From NCBI RefSeq assembly GCF_001194135.2, contig NC_068985.1:43657196-43721195 (forward strand): 64,000 nucleotides of DNA, given 5' to 3'. This document shows positions 14,658-27,098 of the stretch, in pieces. Numbering within the stretch: the stretch's first letter is position 1; every line of letters begins with the position of its first letter. The notes under the pieces are model-generated. The model was not told the DNA's origin, made no database searches, and saw only the letters and a list, made by a program, of their open reading frames with translations. This stretch comes from Octopus bimaculoides. Its lineage: Eukaryota. The translations under genes and the position numbers were made by a program.

Positions 14658-16131
14658 TTTCACACATGTGTTGTGTGTGTGTTGCAATACAGTGAAAATC
14701 AAAAGAATTCAAATAAATTAAAATATCACTGTTTCCTTACGGGTGTGCATATATCTTTTGACAATTTATATTAGTGTAATAGTAAAATTGTAAAAAAATG
14801 GTGCTTAGCTAAAAGTCTTTTGCATTGAGTTAGACATGCTCTTCTAACTTTGATAATTAGAACAACAGTGAACTAATGATTGTCCCACTGGAAACCTCTA
14901 ACCAATGGTGTTATTGTTCACAAACTGTGATATTGCACACACGCATGCATGTGCCCCCCTACTCCAACATTTTATCTCTTGACAAAATGTTTGGCATTAG
15001 GAAAAGCACCCAATCATAGTAAACATTTCCAAAAGAATATATGTGTGAGATATGGTACTTATCTAGGACAGCTTATTTGAAGAACTGAATTGGATTGTGG
15101 TGACATATCCATTTCATTCTAGTATGGAAAACAGACCTTAAAATGATAATGATGATGATAATGATGATGATGATGATGACGATGGTGATGGTGATATATG
15201 TCTGCGTCCATATTTGTGATTATATTTGATCAGTCTAAAAACCATTGCTGTTAATGTTGCATCACCTCATAACATTAAGCAATTCAATAGAGACTAATGA
15301 AATAGGTACCAGACAAAAATAAGTACTGCATAGCTGCAGTTGAATGACTGAAACCAGGAAAATGTTTTCGACAATTTTCTTTTGCTGTTAATTATAGTTA
15401 ATAATAGGAGCTAACAACAGAGTTTATGTACCATTTTGTCATTCCAATTCAACTTTATACATGCTCTTGGTAACATTATGCTACTTCAGACCTGCTGATA
15501 GCTGACAGAATTCTTCATCAGATTTTGGATCATAAAATAATAAAAGATAATATCACTGCAGCATTTAGTTTCATTGGCTTATAGTCAGTAACATCATAGC
15601 AGATGGTAACAAGAATACAGAGAAAAGTTGAAAGTATCAAATAACTGTTTCCTTAGCTTTTGTCAAATATATTTGTGGTGAACACTATTAGAGTAAAATT
15701 GGGCACAGATGTGGCTGAATAGTTAATTATTTTACATTACAATTATGAAGCTCTGAGTTTGATCTCTGCACAGCATCTTGAGTTAAGGCTTTCTGCTATA
15801 ACCTCAAGTCAACCTAATCTTTGTAAGTGAAATTGGGTGCATAGAAACTATGTGGAAGCTTGCTGAACGAATTGTACATGTAATTCAAAAGAGCCAGCCT
15901 TGTCACAGTGTTACAGTGACTTTACCTGATTATGTTAAGGGTACATGTGTATGTGGAATACTCAGTCACTTGCATTATAATACAAGCAGAAGATTCCACT
16001 GATCAAAAATTGGAATATTCAGTATTGAAACTAATGCAAGATTTTGAAGGCTTATGGTGACTGGATTTCAAGAACTAGTGTTTTAATTTCGGGTTGAATA
16101 GGCATTGTGAATGAAGAAAGTATTCTTCCTT

Positions 16132-16520
16132 TTATTCTTTTACTTGTTTCAGTCATTTGACTGTGGTCATGCTGGAGCACCACTTTTTCTTTTAGTCGAG
16201 CAAATCGACACAGGACTTATTCTTTGTAAGCCTAGTACTTATTCTATCAGTTTCTTTTTGCCGAACCGCTAAGTTACGGGAACGTAAACACACCAGGATC
16301 GCATGTCAAGCGATGTTGGGGGAAGAAACACAGACACACATATACACATATATATGACGGGGCTTCTTTCAGTTTCCGTCTACCAAATCCACTCACAAGG
16401 CTTTGGTCGGCCCGAGGCTATAGTAGAAGACACTTGCCCAAGGTGCCACACAGCGGGACTGAACCCGGAACCATGTGGTTGGTAAGCAAGCTACTTACCA
16501 CACAGCCACTCCTGCGCCTA
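16132..16520 (-). mobile_element. tRNA-derived SINE family A, young full-length copy
   Basis: Reverse complement has the head ggcgcaggagtggctgtgtggtaag, a B-box-like ggttccgggttcagtccc, an internal microsatellite and the tail tgactgaaacaagtaaaag. Near-identical to 17086 and 35992. Confidence 0.9.
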
Positions 16521-16640
16521 TATGTTACTCTTTTTTACCAGTTACCTTCATAACAATCAGTCAAGCCTTGTGTTATTAAAAAAAACAACTCAAAACAAAA
16601 AGAAGTTTATTTATGTAGGGTAATATAGATGACTATAATA

Positions 16641-16849
16641 TTTTCTACTCTAGGCACAAGTCCTGAAATTTTGGGGAGGGCAGGCAGTCAATTAGATCGA
16701 CTCCAGTACGCAACTGGTACTTAATTTATCAACCCAAAAAGGAAAGGCAAAGTCGACCTTGGCGGAATTTGAACTCAGAATGTCAAGACAGACAAAATAC
16801 CGCTAAGCATTTCGTCTGGCATGCTAACGTCTCTGCCAGTTTGCCACTT
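16641..16849 (-). mobile_element. SINE family B with 17-bp TSD
   Basis: tatagatgactataata at 16624-16640 and 16850-16866. Confidence 0.9.
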
Positions 16850-16890
16850 TATAGATGACTATAATAGAAGAACTCTGAACAATATTAATT

Positions 16891-16970
16891 TCAGTATCTA
16901 ATTTCTCTCATTTTCATTTTGAGTTTTGGGTTGGGTCTTCTAATGATCTCTCTATGCCCCCGAAAGTTAC
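16891..16970 (-). CDS. Candidate terminal coding exon (G-NFRGHREIIRRPNPKLKMKMREIRY-stop)
   Basis: Acceptor gtgtatttacAG|GT. The phase matches the upstream exon (G|GT = Gly), and TGA lies at 16891-16893. Family not recognised. Confidence 0.5.
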
Positions 16971-17085
16971 CTGTAAATACACTGAGATTGATGTAATTTA
17001 ATATGCTCACTCCTTTCAATAACTGACCTAACTAATATGTCAAATATTGTATCTATGTAAATTATAATTATTCATTTTATAGAAC

Positions 17086-17555
17086 TAGCTGTGTGGTAAG
17101 TAGCTTGCTTACCAACCACATGATTCTGGGTTCAGTCCCACTGCGTGGCACCTTGGGCAAGTGTCTTCTACTATAGCCTCGGGCTATAGTGAGTAGATTT
17201 GGTAGACGGAAACTGAAAGAAGCCCATCGTATATATGTATATATATGTATGTGTGTGTGTGTGTATATGTTTGTGTGTGTATATGTTTGTGTGTGCATAT
17301 GTTTGTGTGTGTATATGTTTGTGTGTGTATATGTTTGTGTGTCCTGTTTGTCTCCCCAACATCGCTTGACAACCGATGGTGGTGTGTTTACGTCCCCGTA
17401 ACTTAGCAGTTCGGCAAAAGATACCGATAGAAGAAGTACTAGGCTTACAAAGAATAAGTCCTGGAGTCGATTTGCTCGACTAAAGGTGGTGCTCCAGCAT
17501 GGCCACAGTCAAATGACTGAAACAAGTAAAAGAGTAAAAAGAGTAAAAAGAGTAA
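17086..17555 (+). mobile_element. SINE family A copy, slightly 5'-truncated, with expanded internal microsatellite
   Basis: Same head, core and tail as 16132-16520, ending in an (aagagtaaa)n tail. Confidence 0.9.
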
Positions 17556-17567
17556 TTATTTGTTAGA

Positions 17568-17890
17568 TGGGCACAGGTGTGGCTGTGTGGTAAAAAGTTT
17601 GCTTCTTGACCATATGGTTCCAGGTTCAATTTCACTGCATGGTACCTAGGGTATGTATCTTCTACTATAGCCCCAGGCTGACCAAAGTCTTGTGAGTGGA
17701 TTTAGTAGATGGAAACTGAATTATACATGTGTGTGTTTGGTTTGTTTACATCTCTGTAAAGAAGAGACCAGAATAAGTACCAGTATTTAAAAAATACTGG
17801 AGGCGATTTGATCAACTAAAACCCTTGAAGGTGGTGCTCCAGCATGGTTGCAGTCTAATGACTGATACAAATAAAAGATAAAAGATACAC
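17568..17890 (+). mobile_element. SINE family A, older diverged copy
   Basis: ggcacaggtgtggctgtgtggtaa head, core, and ggtggtgctccagcatgg tail. Confidence 0.75.
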
Positions 17891-18267
17891 AAAGCCATAT
17901 ATCTAGGTGGAAGAAACCGTTGATTAAATCAATTCAGTATTTGATTTGTATTTTGATCTATAGACTCTAGAAAGATGAAAGATTAAGTCTACCTCACCAA
18001 AATTTGAACTCAGAATATAAAACATTTTGTTCACTGCTCTACTAATTCTGCCATCTACTAACCTTTCATAAAACAAATATCAATAATAACAGTCTTTACA
18101 TTTTTTAAAATAATCATAAAAGAAAGCTAATGTTGCTGTCATAAATTCATGTAAATCTTAATGAAATTTCTATTAACAATGTGTCTTGAAGAGAATTTAG
18201 TTATAAATAATAGCTTATAATACATTGAATAAAAAATTCCTTTGATAGTAAAAAGGCAAAAATCTAC

Positions 18268-18384
18268 CTGTAAGACATGAATCGCATATCTTCTGTAACT
18301 GAGAATTATAGCTGAATCCTCTTTGAGAATACTTCATTAATAAAGATTTATTTACATATTTCTCAATGCTTCTACGTTTGCATA
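18268..18384 (-). CDS. Candidate penultimate coding exon of an unidentified protein (CKRRSIEKYVNKSLLMKYSQRGFSYNSQLQKICDSCLT)
   Basis: Minus strand: acceptor atttacttatatttAG, 117-nt open phase-1/phase-1 exon, donor ACAG|GTagat. Non-repetitive, and it splices in frame to 16891-16970. Confidence 0.5.
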
Positions 18385-19871
18385 CTAAATATAAGTAAAT
18401 CTTGATTATTTCATTTATTTGAAAATAACAATTAAGAAGAAAAATGTTAATGTTTCAACTTACCAAAAAATCAAAACCTTATTAGGTATTAAAAGGTTCA
18501 TAAATCCTTCAGAATGCAAAGAATATGTTCAGAATAAGAAAACCATTCCAGTCAAATAAGAATCCTTTTTTAAAATTTAGAATGTTGGTTTCAATTAAAA
18601 TAATTTAAACAAAGTAATATCCAGGATTATATGCACCTGCAATGAAAAAAAAGTACATGACCATTAATTATTTAGAAAATTTATGATCTTTTTATGAAAT
18701 TAAGTATTTATCACAATGATATTGGATGTAGTGGAGATAGGAAAACACTAATATTGAACTTAATTTAAGCTTTTTCTCACTTTAGTCAATTTAACTAAAA
18801 AATTCACTACAGCAGTTATCCATCATCATAATGTAAATTGCCAGTAAGAAAGGTAACCAGCCATACCACCAACTATTTCAAATGCAAATGCAAATAATCA
18901 CAAACTTTTGAGTGTGTGTAGGGGGAAGGGGGAGGGAGAAAGAAAGAGTGGAGAAAGAGAGAGAAGGAGAGAATGAAGAAAAAATCTGCTTAATGAGTGT
19001 GTACGAAGCATGATACTGTGTGGAGATAAAATGTTTAATGAGTAGAGAAAAAGTGCAGTAACTGTATATATATATATATATACAATAGCAAACACTTTTA
19101 GTCTGTTATTGGCATATCATTTACATACATATATGTATTATATATTTTAGTATTAGGTAAATACTTATAAATAAGCATTTTATAAACATGAAGGAAAAAT
19201 TTTTTCTTCTCAAAGTCCATTACATGATACCTAAAATCTTGTTGCATGTCCCCTAAAAATCATGACATATCACTGCTGTCATACATGTTATAGGTTCACA
19301 ATCACTGAATTATAATAAGTTCTGCACTGTCAATTTATGAGGAAGGTTGAATGCAAGCAAATGACTTGATGAATCCATTTGCATATACAGTGTTTATAGA
19401 GAAGAATCATATGTGTTAGGTAAATGTGATGGAAGGTACTGAAGAAGATCAAAGTGGAAGTGATAACTTTAATCTATACTCACTTCCAGTAAACATTCTA
19501 TTTTTGACTTTCTCTGTAGCTCCCTGTCTTTCTTATATGGATTTTATGAAGTATATTATTTTGATTGTGAATACTTAACCTACTTGATTATTTCTATTTT
19601 CTAATTCATACTTATCTCCATCACAACTTTTATCACTTACGTCATTTATTACTTAGAACATCTATTGCTTATACAGACACTTATTATTGGTCACCGCCTG
19701 TCTAAAGAGATGATGGGAATTTCCTTTTTTTTCCTCTTCTTCTTCTTTCTCCCTTCCTCTTTCCACTTCACACCCACTTATCTCAGCATCAACCTATTGA
19801 CTTTAATTTTCATATCCTGGGATTGTCTCAAATTAGTTAATTACTCACATCGACTAATCTAACAATTTTCA

Positions 19872-19872
<1 letters not shown>

Positions 19873-19919
<47 letters not shown>
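19873..19919. repeat. (TAC)n microsatellite
   Basis: Read directly. Confidence 0.95.
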
Positions 19920-20229
19920 CTCCCACTACCACCACCACTACAACAACAACGACATTATTCTTCAACATAGGCAAGCAACAGGTTGCTCAAATTCAACTAA
20001 CTTTCTGTTTGTATTGATCTGTGCACGTGTGTTATCAAAACAACCTATCAACAACAAAAATAGCACAAGAAATTATTGGAGTAAACCTTACTTCCCTTTT
20101 AGAAGATATTGGGAAATTAGAACATGGTTGTAATAGGTCATTGGGTACAACTGGAAATTTTGTCTTACAGATCTCCTGCTACTGTAGTGAGCTATACTAT
20201 TCCATAGTACTTTATGTCATTATCTAACA

Positions 20230-20420
20230 GAAGGGCAACCTTGAGAATGCAGAACTATGATTAAAGGCATGTCTAGCTGTGACCATCATGTCTTTTTTTT
20301 TCAGACAGTGTATCTAGGATTACATTATCCAACATATCCTACTTTTTTAAAGACAATGTTGGATATTTGGTCTCTATTTCTTGCAGGGTGAGCAACTGCA
20401 TAGAGGATCTCTTGTTTGTT
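20230..20420 (-). mobile_element. SINE/repeat family C (tagaaatagcagccaaatctc...ggggctaaacaacaac). Other copies at ~8600-8800, 27620-27840, 28965-29060, 33480-33650, 47940-48040, 52040-52170, 52980-53150 and 60960-61170
   Basis: The same motif string recurs in at least eight places, on both strands. Confidence 0.75.
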
Positions 20421-22727
20421 CATCATTATTATTTTTATTGGTGGTAGGTCTTTGTAGCTGAGGAAGATTTCCTCCTAGTATGTGATGAATCTAATATGTA
20501 ATGGGCTGTTGTTCACACTAACCATGACAAGCAGTGGCATGTCATGTAAAATTAAAAAATCCAGATCCCATTTCCATGTGTTACTTGAAGAATAATTAAA
20601 AACTCTAAGAGGCAGTAGTAACTCTTTCATTAAAGGGACAGTGATACACAGGCTTGAGTATCAAATTTGTCACATTTTAGTTTAATTTACCAGCACCACC
20701 ACAATTATTTTATACATTGTTTGATAGTCAAGTTTGGTTTACACCATTTGACCAATTTCTGGATAAGGTGAAGAATTTCCTTAATAAAATAAATTATGGA
20801 CAGTGACTTTTGAATCCATTGAATGATATTTTAAAGTTGCTAGATGAGAATACTGTTTTAAGATAATTTTTTAAAAATTGAATATGCTTAATATTAAATG
20901 TAAAATGTGATTCTTTCATATCATGCAAAAATTAATTAACTAAAGTTTCACCAAATTAATTAACTAAACTTTATATTGCAGACTTATCCAACAATAGTGA
21001 CAATGGCTTAATAATTTTATTAAAGGCACAGATGACTGACTGTTATGTTTGAATTATTGTTTATGAATAATTAGAGCAATGTTTAACATTCTGAATGACT
21101 AAGCATATGGATTCAGAAAAAAAAAAAAAAGCTTTCACTCTATCCCTTATTGCATACTTGCAATATTGATAAATTAAAAAATTTTTAAACTTAGAAGTTG
21201 AATTTGATGTTTTCGAGTTGGATGTGTTTGAAAAAGCTTATACAAAAAAAAAAAATCATGGAAATTTATCAATATACAAAGAGAAAAAAAATAATAGTCA
21301 TCTTTGTTCTGACTTTATGAATAGCTGCATCATAATCTGCTTTGAAGTTTTCTGTTTGAATTAATTTGCTTTCTTACTTCAAAAGAAAAAGAAAAAAATC
21401 AGGAAACTCCCTAAAGGTAGAAATATCAATGCTAACATTCAAGTGGAAAGTCATCAAAGCTAATGGATAAACATAAAAAAGATGTAACATAACCTTAAAG
21501 TAATAAACTACAGAGGAGTTTACTGTACTGAGTGCTAGATAAATAATTAATAAATCTCCTGTAGGATTACTATAATACTATATTAATCATTGTTCAATCA
21601 ACTAGATCCAAGCTTAATTAATTAGCTTTAACTAATTTCCACCTACAATTTAGACTATTTAGACATTTGCATCAATACTTTATGTCTTATCCAAAAGATA
21701 TAGTTGATATGATGTCAATTCAAATTGAGATCCTTTGTTATGACAGACACTGTTGATGTTGAATTCATTTCACAGGCAACCAATAATTTTAAGAAGAAGA
21801 ATTTTAAAACAAGCTGTTACTATGTAAACTTAATATGAAAATGATGAAGAAATTATAACAACAACACTATTTGATGGGTAGAAATCTAGAAGTTTTCTTT
21901 ATCCACTGGAAAATAGTAATCATCATTTCACGTACACTTTTCAATAATGGCAAGAGCTGAATGAGTGTTCTGAGGCAGTGTTTTATGGTCGTATACAGTA
22001 ATCAGTAGAATATACAGTTAAATGGAAGTTATCAATACAAAATGATATTGGTAGAACATATTGATGATGTGTAAGAAGGTGCCAATATTTTTTTTCCTAC
22101 AAAAATAATGGCTTTTGCCTGTTTTAAGCACATTAATCTTTTTGGCAACAAGACAACATCAGATAGATTGTCATGTTACAAATGAAATAAAGCAAAAATA
22201 ATATGGTATAAGTCTTGAAAACAAACTAAATTGAAGCAAGCTTAGAAAATATCTCCAAAATGAGAGAAAATAAGTCCCTATAAGCAACAGATGAGGCTGA
22301 AATAGTATCACTATATAGGAAGTAAAAATTTTAAATCATAATAAGAAAATATATCTTGTATCAGAGATTATGTACAGAACATGTTTTCAGTGAACTGAAG
22401 GTTTATTAATGAAATGAAATCACATTATGAGGATGGCATATCTATCTCAAAGACATTAATGTAATCTACAGTGACACTGGCAAAATATATCTGTTATGGG
22501 TTTAATATACATCTAAATTTCAACTGTTCTTTGAAGAAAATGGTCTACAATAAATGATAAATACATTCATTGAAAAATAAAGAACACATTCGCCCTTTAA
22601 TATATCAAAATTAATCTATAAATATAAAGGAAACTATTAATTACTTGAATTGTTCTATTTTGCCATCAAATGAAAAATGGATCAGTTATTGTGTTAATCT
22701 ACAAGTGTTCAATATTTCGATAGAAAA

Positions 22728-23280
22728 TCATCATCATCATCGTTTAACAGCCATTTTCCATGTTGGCATGGGTTGGATGGTTTGATTGAGGTCTAGAGAG
22801 CCAGTGGCTGCACCAGGCTTCAATCTGATCTGGCAATGTTTCTATGGCTGGATGCCCTTCCTAATACCAACCAGTCCGGGAGTGTAGTGGGTGCTTTTTA
22901 TGTGCCACCGGCACAGAAGCCAGTCAGGCTGGCCTTGCGTCGATCGTGTTTGGATAGTGATTTTTACGTGCCACCAGCACAGGTGCCAGTCAGGGGGTGC
23001 TGGCATTGGCCATGTTTGGATGGTGCTGTTTACGTGCCACTGGCATGGGAGACAATCAGGGGGTACTGGCATTGGCCACGTTTGGATGGTGCTGTTTATG
23101 TACCATCGGGCATGGGAGCCAGTCAGGGGGTACTGGTATCAGCCACGTTTGGATGGTGCTTTTTACATGCCACTGGTATGGGAACCAGTCAGGCAGACCT
23201 GGCATAGACCACGTTTGGAGGGTGCTTTTTATGATGGCACGGGAATCAGTCAGGGGGCACTGGCCACAGACACAGTGCCT
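22728..23280 (-). mobile_element. RTE 3'-end element carrying an expanded 66-bp tandem array
   Basis: First ~160 bp match 54235-54430, followed by about 5.7 copies of a 66-bp unit. Confidence 0.85.
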
Positions 23281-24101
23281 TTGATACTGAAATAACAAAG
23301 TTTCTCTTTACAAGTACTACGTTGTTCTACTACTTTAAGGTCAAGTGTATAACAATATGTGCATTAAGCACCCATCTAATGAAATGTCACTTATCTATAT
23401 ACACAATTTCAGATAGATTCTTAGATGGTACTTTAAACTGTTAAGTGGAAACAACATCTGTTTGAACAGAATATATATTTTATTGCCTGGATTTCTATAT
23501 TAACCTCTCTCGCTCCCCCAGTAGTCTTATTTTATAGGAAGGAACGCGTTTGATAATCAATTTCTTTTTCTAAGAAACATCACACGAAATAACAACCTGA
23601 CAGTTTATGTATCTTTTATTTTTCACTTGTTTCAGTCAATGGGCTGCGGCCATGCAGAGGCATCACCTTGAAAGAGTTTAGTCAAACAAATAGACCCCAG
23701 TACTCATTTTTTTAAAGCCTGGTACTTAATCTATTAGATCCTTTCGCTGAACCACTAAGTTACAGGTTGTAAAAAAGTCAACACTGGTTATCAAACAGTA
23801 TGAATAAACACACACACACACACACACACACATTTCACATGCAAAAAATCTGTTAGGTTGTTGTTTCAATGTAATGCTGTTTGAAAAATAAAAAAAAAAC
23901 AGAAGTTGATTATCAAAATAGTTTCTATAAAATGAGATTATTGATTTATTTAAATGGTTCAAAGATGACAAGCAAAGGGATTTTAGGCAAATACAGGAGG
24001 TATAAAAATATATGCCATAGTTTAGTTTTTGCTAGCTTTTTAAAAATATAGCAACTAATCTGAATGCAGAGATAATCACTAATTTAATCCTATACTTTAC
24101 T

Positions 24102-24210
24102 NNNNNNNNNNNNNNNNNNNNNNNNNNNNNNNNNNNNNNNNNNNNNNNNNNNNNNNNNNNNNNNNNNNNNNNNNNNNNNNNNNNNNNNNNNNNNNNNNNN
24201 NNNNNNNNNN
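24102..24210. other. Assembly gap
   Basis: N run. Confidence 1.
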
Positions 24211-24331
24211 AAAAATAATAATGATTACTACATCATTGAATAGTTTTGATGTTGGCATAAAAGAAAACAAGCAACAAGAACAAGTAAAAAATAAATAATA
24301 AAATAATTGGGATAAAGTTTCAATGTTTTTA

Positions 24332-24376
<45 letters not shown>

Positions 24377-25727
24377 CATCATTTTACAGATTTCCATGTT
24401 GTCATAAGTTGGCTGGGTTATTTCTGTCTGAGTCAGTTTCAGACTCACTGCATTCTGATTCTGAGACATGTCTTGCTTTTATGCTCTATTTTTGGCATGG
24501 TTTCAATGGTTCAATGGATTCTATGGATTCCTAACATTAAGTGCTTTACAGAGTCTAGAGAGTACATTTTATCGTGAGAGGTTGTATTATATCTGGTAAG
24601 ATTTAAAGGTTCCTCTGTAGCTTGTGCTGCGTCCGTTCATTCTTTCATCAGTACCAAGAGGGTTGTCTTCTTTCTGGAACACTAAAGGAATCACTTCTCT
24701 ATGCTGTCTGTATAGTCATTCTTGTCTTTCTTATACAACTGGGTGGGAAGAGAGTGAGGGTGAGGAGGTGACAAAAGAGTAAAAGAAGGATCAGTATGAC
24801 AGGAATGAGAGGTAGAGAGAGGAGACAGTAAAGGAAGAGAGATAGAGAAAGAGGGTGAGAGACAGATAGATAGACAGATGATAGAGAGAGCAAAGGAGAG
24901 CGAGAGAGAGAGAGATACATGATTGTTTTTTTGAAAGAAATGGAACAGAATCAGCATTATGGAGGAAGAGTGACAGGTGATAGAAGAGGAAATAGTGAAG
25001 GTGTGATAGAGAGTGAGAGAGTGTAATGGATGTTGACAATGAATGGCAGAGGAGTATGTAAGAGAGAGAAAGAGGAAGTGATAGGCAGCAACATAAAATA
25101 TTTGAAGGCCATTTTATAGAAGACAATATTTTGATAGCAATTTCTTTATGCTTTTTAGAAATTATTAAGCTTAGAAAATTGAATTTAACAGTTGGCTGTC
25201 TCATCTAATTATATTTTAGGTATAGATTACAAAGCTTTGTCTTCTTGCATTTTGTTACAAACCCCAAGAAAACTTTCTAAAATTTAAACCAACTAACATT
25301 TGAGTAATTTCCCTTGTGTTTCAAGAAACCAAATGTTTTAAAAATATTTTTTGTGATTATGATATTTTTAGTTAGTTAGGTTGTTCTAGTCTTTTGATTA
25401 CTGTCAAACATTGACTGTAAAATCGTTTCTTCTGAGAGAGGTTCTAAAAATGAATTTTTAGATGAATCTTGAATCATAAAATTCAAAGATGAAATCCTAA
25501 ATCTCTTCTTCTAAGATGAGTCTCAACTTTTTATATCATCAATAAAGAAATGAAAAGAAAACGGCTTCTTGCTAATCCAATTCTTTTCTGGTATTAAATA
25601 TTGATTTTTTTCTTTCTATGTCAGAGGAATTTTAAGTCAGTGATTTTGAGATGTAATCAAGTGTTAAGACACCACTTTATGAAACAGAAGTGTGAGTGTG
25701 TGTGTTTGAGAGAGAGAGAGAGAGAGG

Positions 25728-25759
<32 letters not shown>

Positions 25760-26824
25760 AGAGAGAGAGATATGCATAAAATATGATATCAATATTTCAA
25801 TATTTACAATAAATAAATAACAAGATTAATGAGAGCCAAATAAAAGTCTAGAAAGGATATTAAAATAGTTTAATCTGTATAACAAGAATAACCAATATAT
25901 TGTCAACGTTCTGATAAATTGTCATTATCCTTAGTGATGCTATTGTAAAAGAATTTGGTGTGAGATTTTATGTGAATGTATAAGAAAATGATTTACAAAA
26001 GTAAACAGTCTTTCTGTGGGGCCTGGTAAACCAGTTTTGGTCTTCTGTCATGTATGTTCTATTGTATTTATGTTTCTAATAGCTTTTGGGAAAAACATGA
26101 GTAATACAACTTCCATTTTTTTTCTATAATTTTAGAAGTCAAAAAAAGAACCACACATAAGGAAGGAGTTATGGCATTTAGATGTTTTATTAATATCAGC
26201 TGTGTGCATGTGTATGTGCATGCAGGAAGGAGTGAGAGTGAAAGGGATGAGAAGAGAAAGATCACCAAATAAATTTTAAAGAACTGTCCAAGTGAATTCT
26301 TAGTGGGTAAAACAAGAAGAGAACTTCAATCTGCTTTTTAATTTATAATTTAATGTTTTTAAATAATTAAGTTGAAGGACCTCCAAGACCAGTGCATGAA
26401 AGGGAAGAGGCTATCTGACCCAAATGTTTGCAAAAGAGTGGACTTCACTACTGTCACTGAAGTACCTAGCAGTGTACATAATCCAAGTGACAGATTAAAT
26501 CTACTACTGTCCACTGCAACTACAATGAATGAAGTCTCATGTGTCATCATAATTTAATGTTTGTCTTCCATGCTAGTATGGGTGGACAGTTTGACAGGAT
26601 GGCTATGTTGAGCTTCAATGTCTGCTTTGGCATAGTTTCTATAACTGGATGCTTTTCCTAATGCCCTGAGTGCATTATTTTTTTGAGACACAGGCACTAG
26701 TGAGGTCACCAAATAACTTGCAAGACAAAGAAAAAGCCCCTCAACAGAGTGGGGTTGTAGTAGAGAGAGAGAGGGTGTCTTTATGCCAGGTGGTGAGAGG
26801 TTGAAGTATGATTGCTATCACTCT

Positions 26825-27098
26825 GTTGCTTATGACGATGAGGGTTCCAGTTGATCTGTTCAATGGAACAGTCTGCTCATAATATTAATGTGCAAGTGGC
26901 TGAGCATTCCATGTGACAAGGAATGTGACAAGGCTGGCCCTTTGAATTACAGGTACAATTCATTTTTGCTAGCTGAGTAGACTGGAGCAATATGAAATAA
27001 AGTGTCTTGCTCAAGGATACAATGCACCACTAGGAATCAAACTTATGACCTTATGATCATAAACTGAGTACCCTAATCACTAAACCATGTGCCTTCAC
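26825..27098 (-). mobile_element. SINE family D inserted in an RTE-tail element
   Basis: gagggttccagttgatc and gtgtcttgctcaagg motifs. Plus-strand relatives at ~15705-16030 and ~62140-62410. Confidence 0.75.

Noticed and set aside
22836-23298. Five overlapping 76-134 aa ORFs
   Set aside because: Produced by the 66-bp non-coding tandem array.
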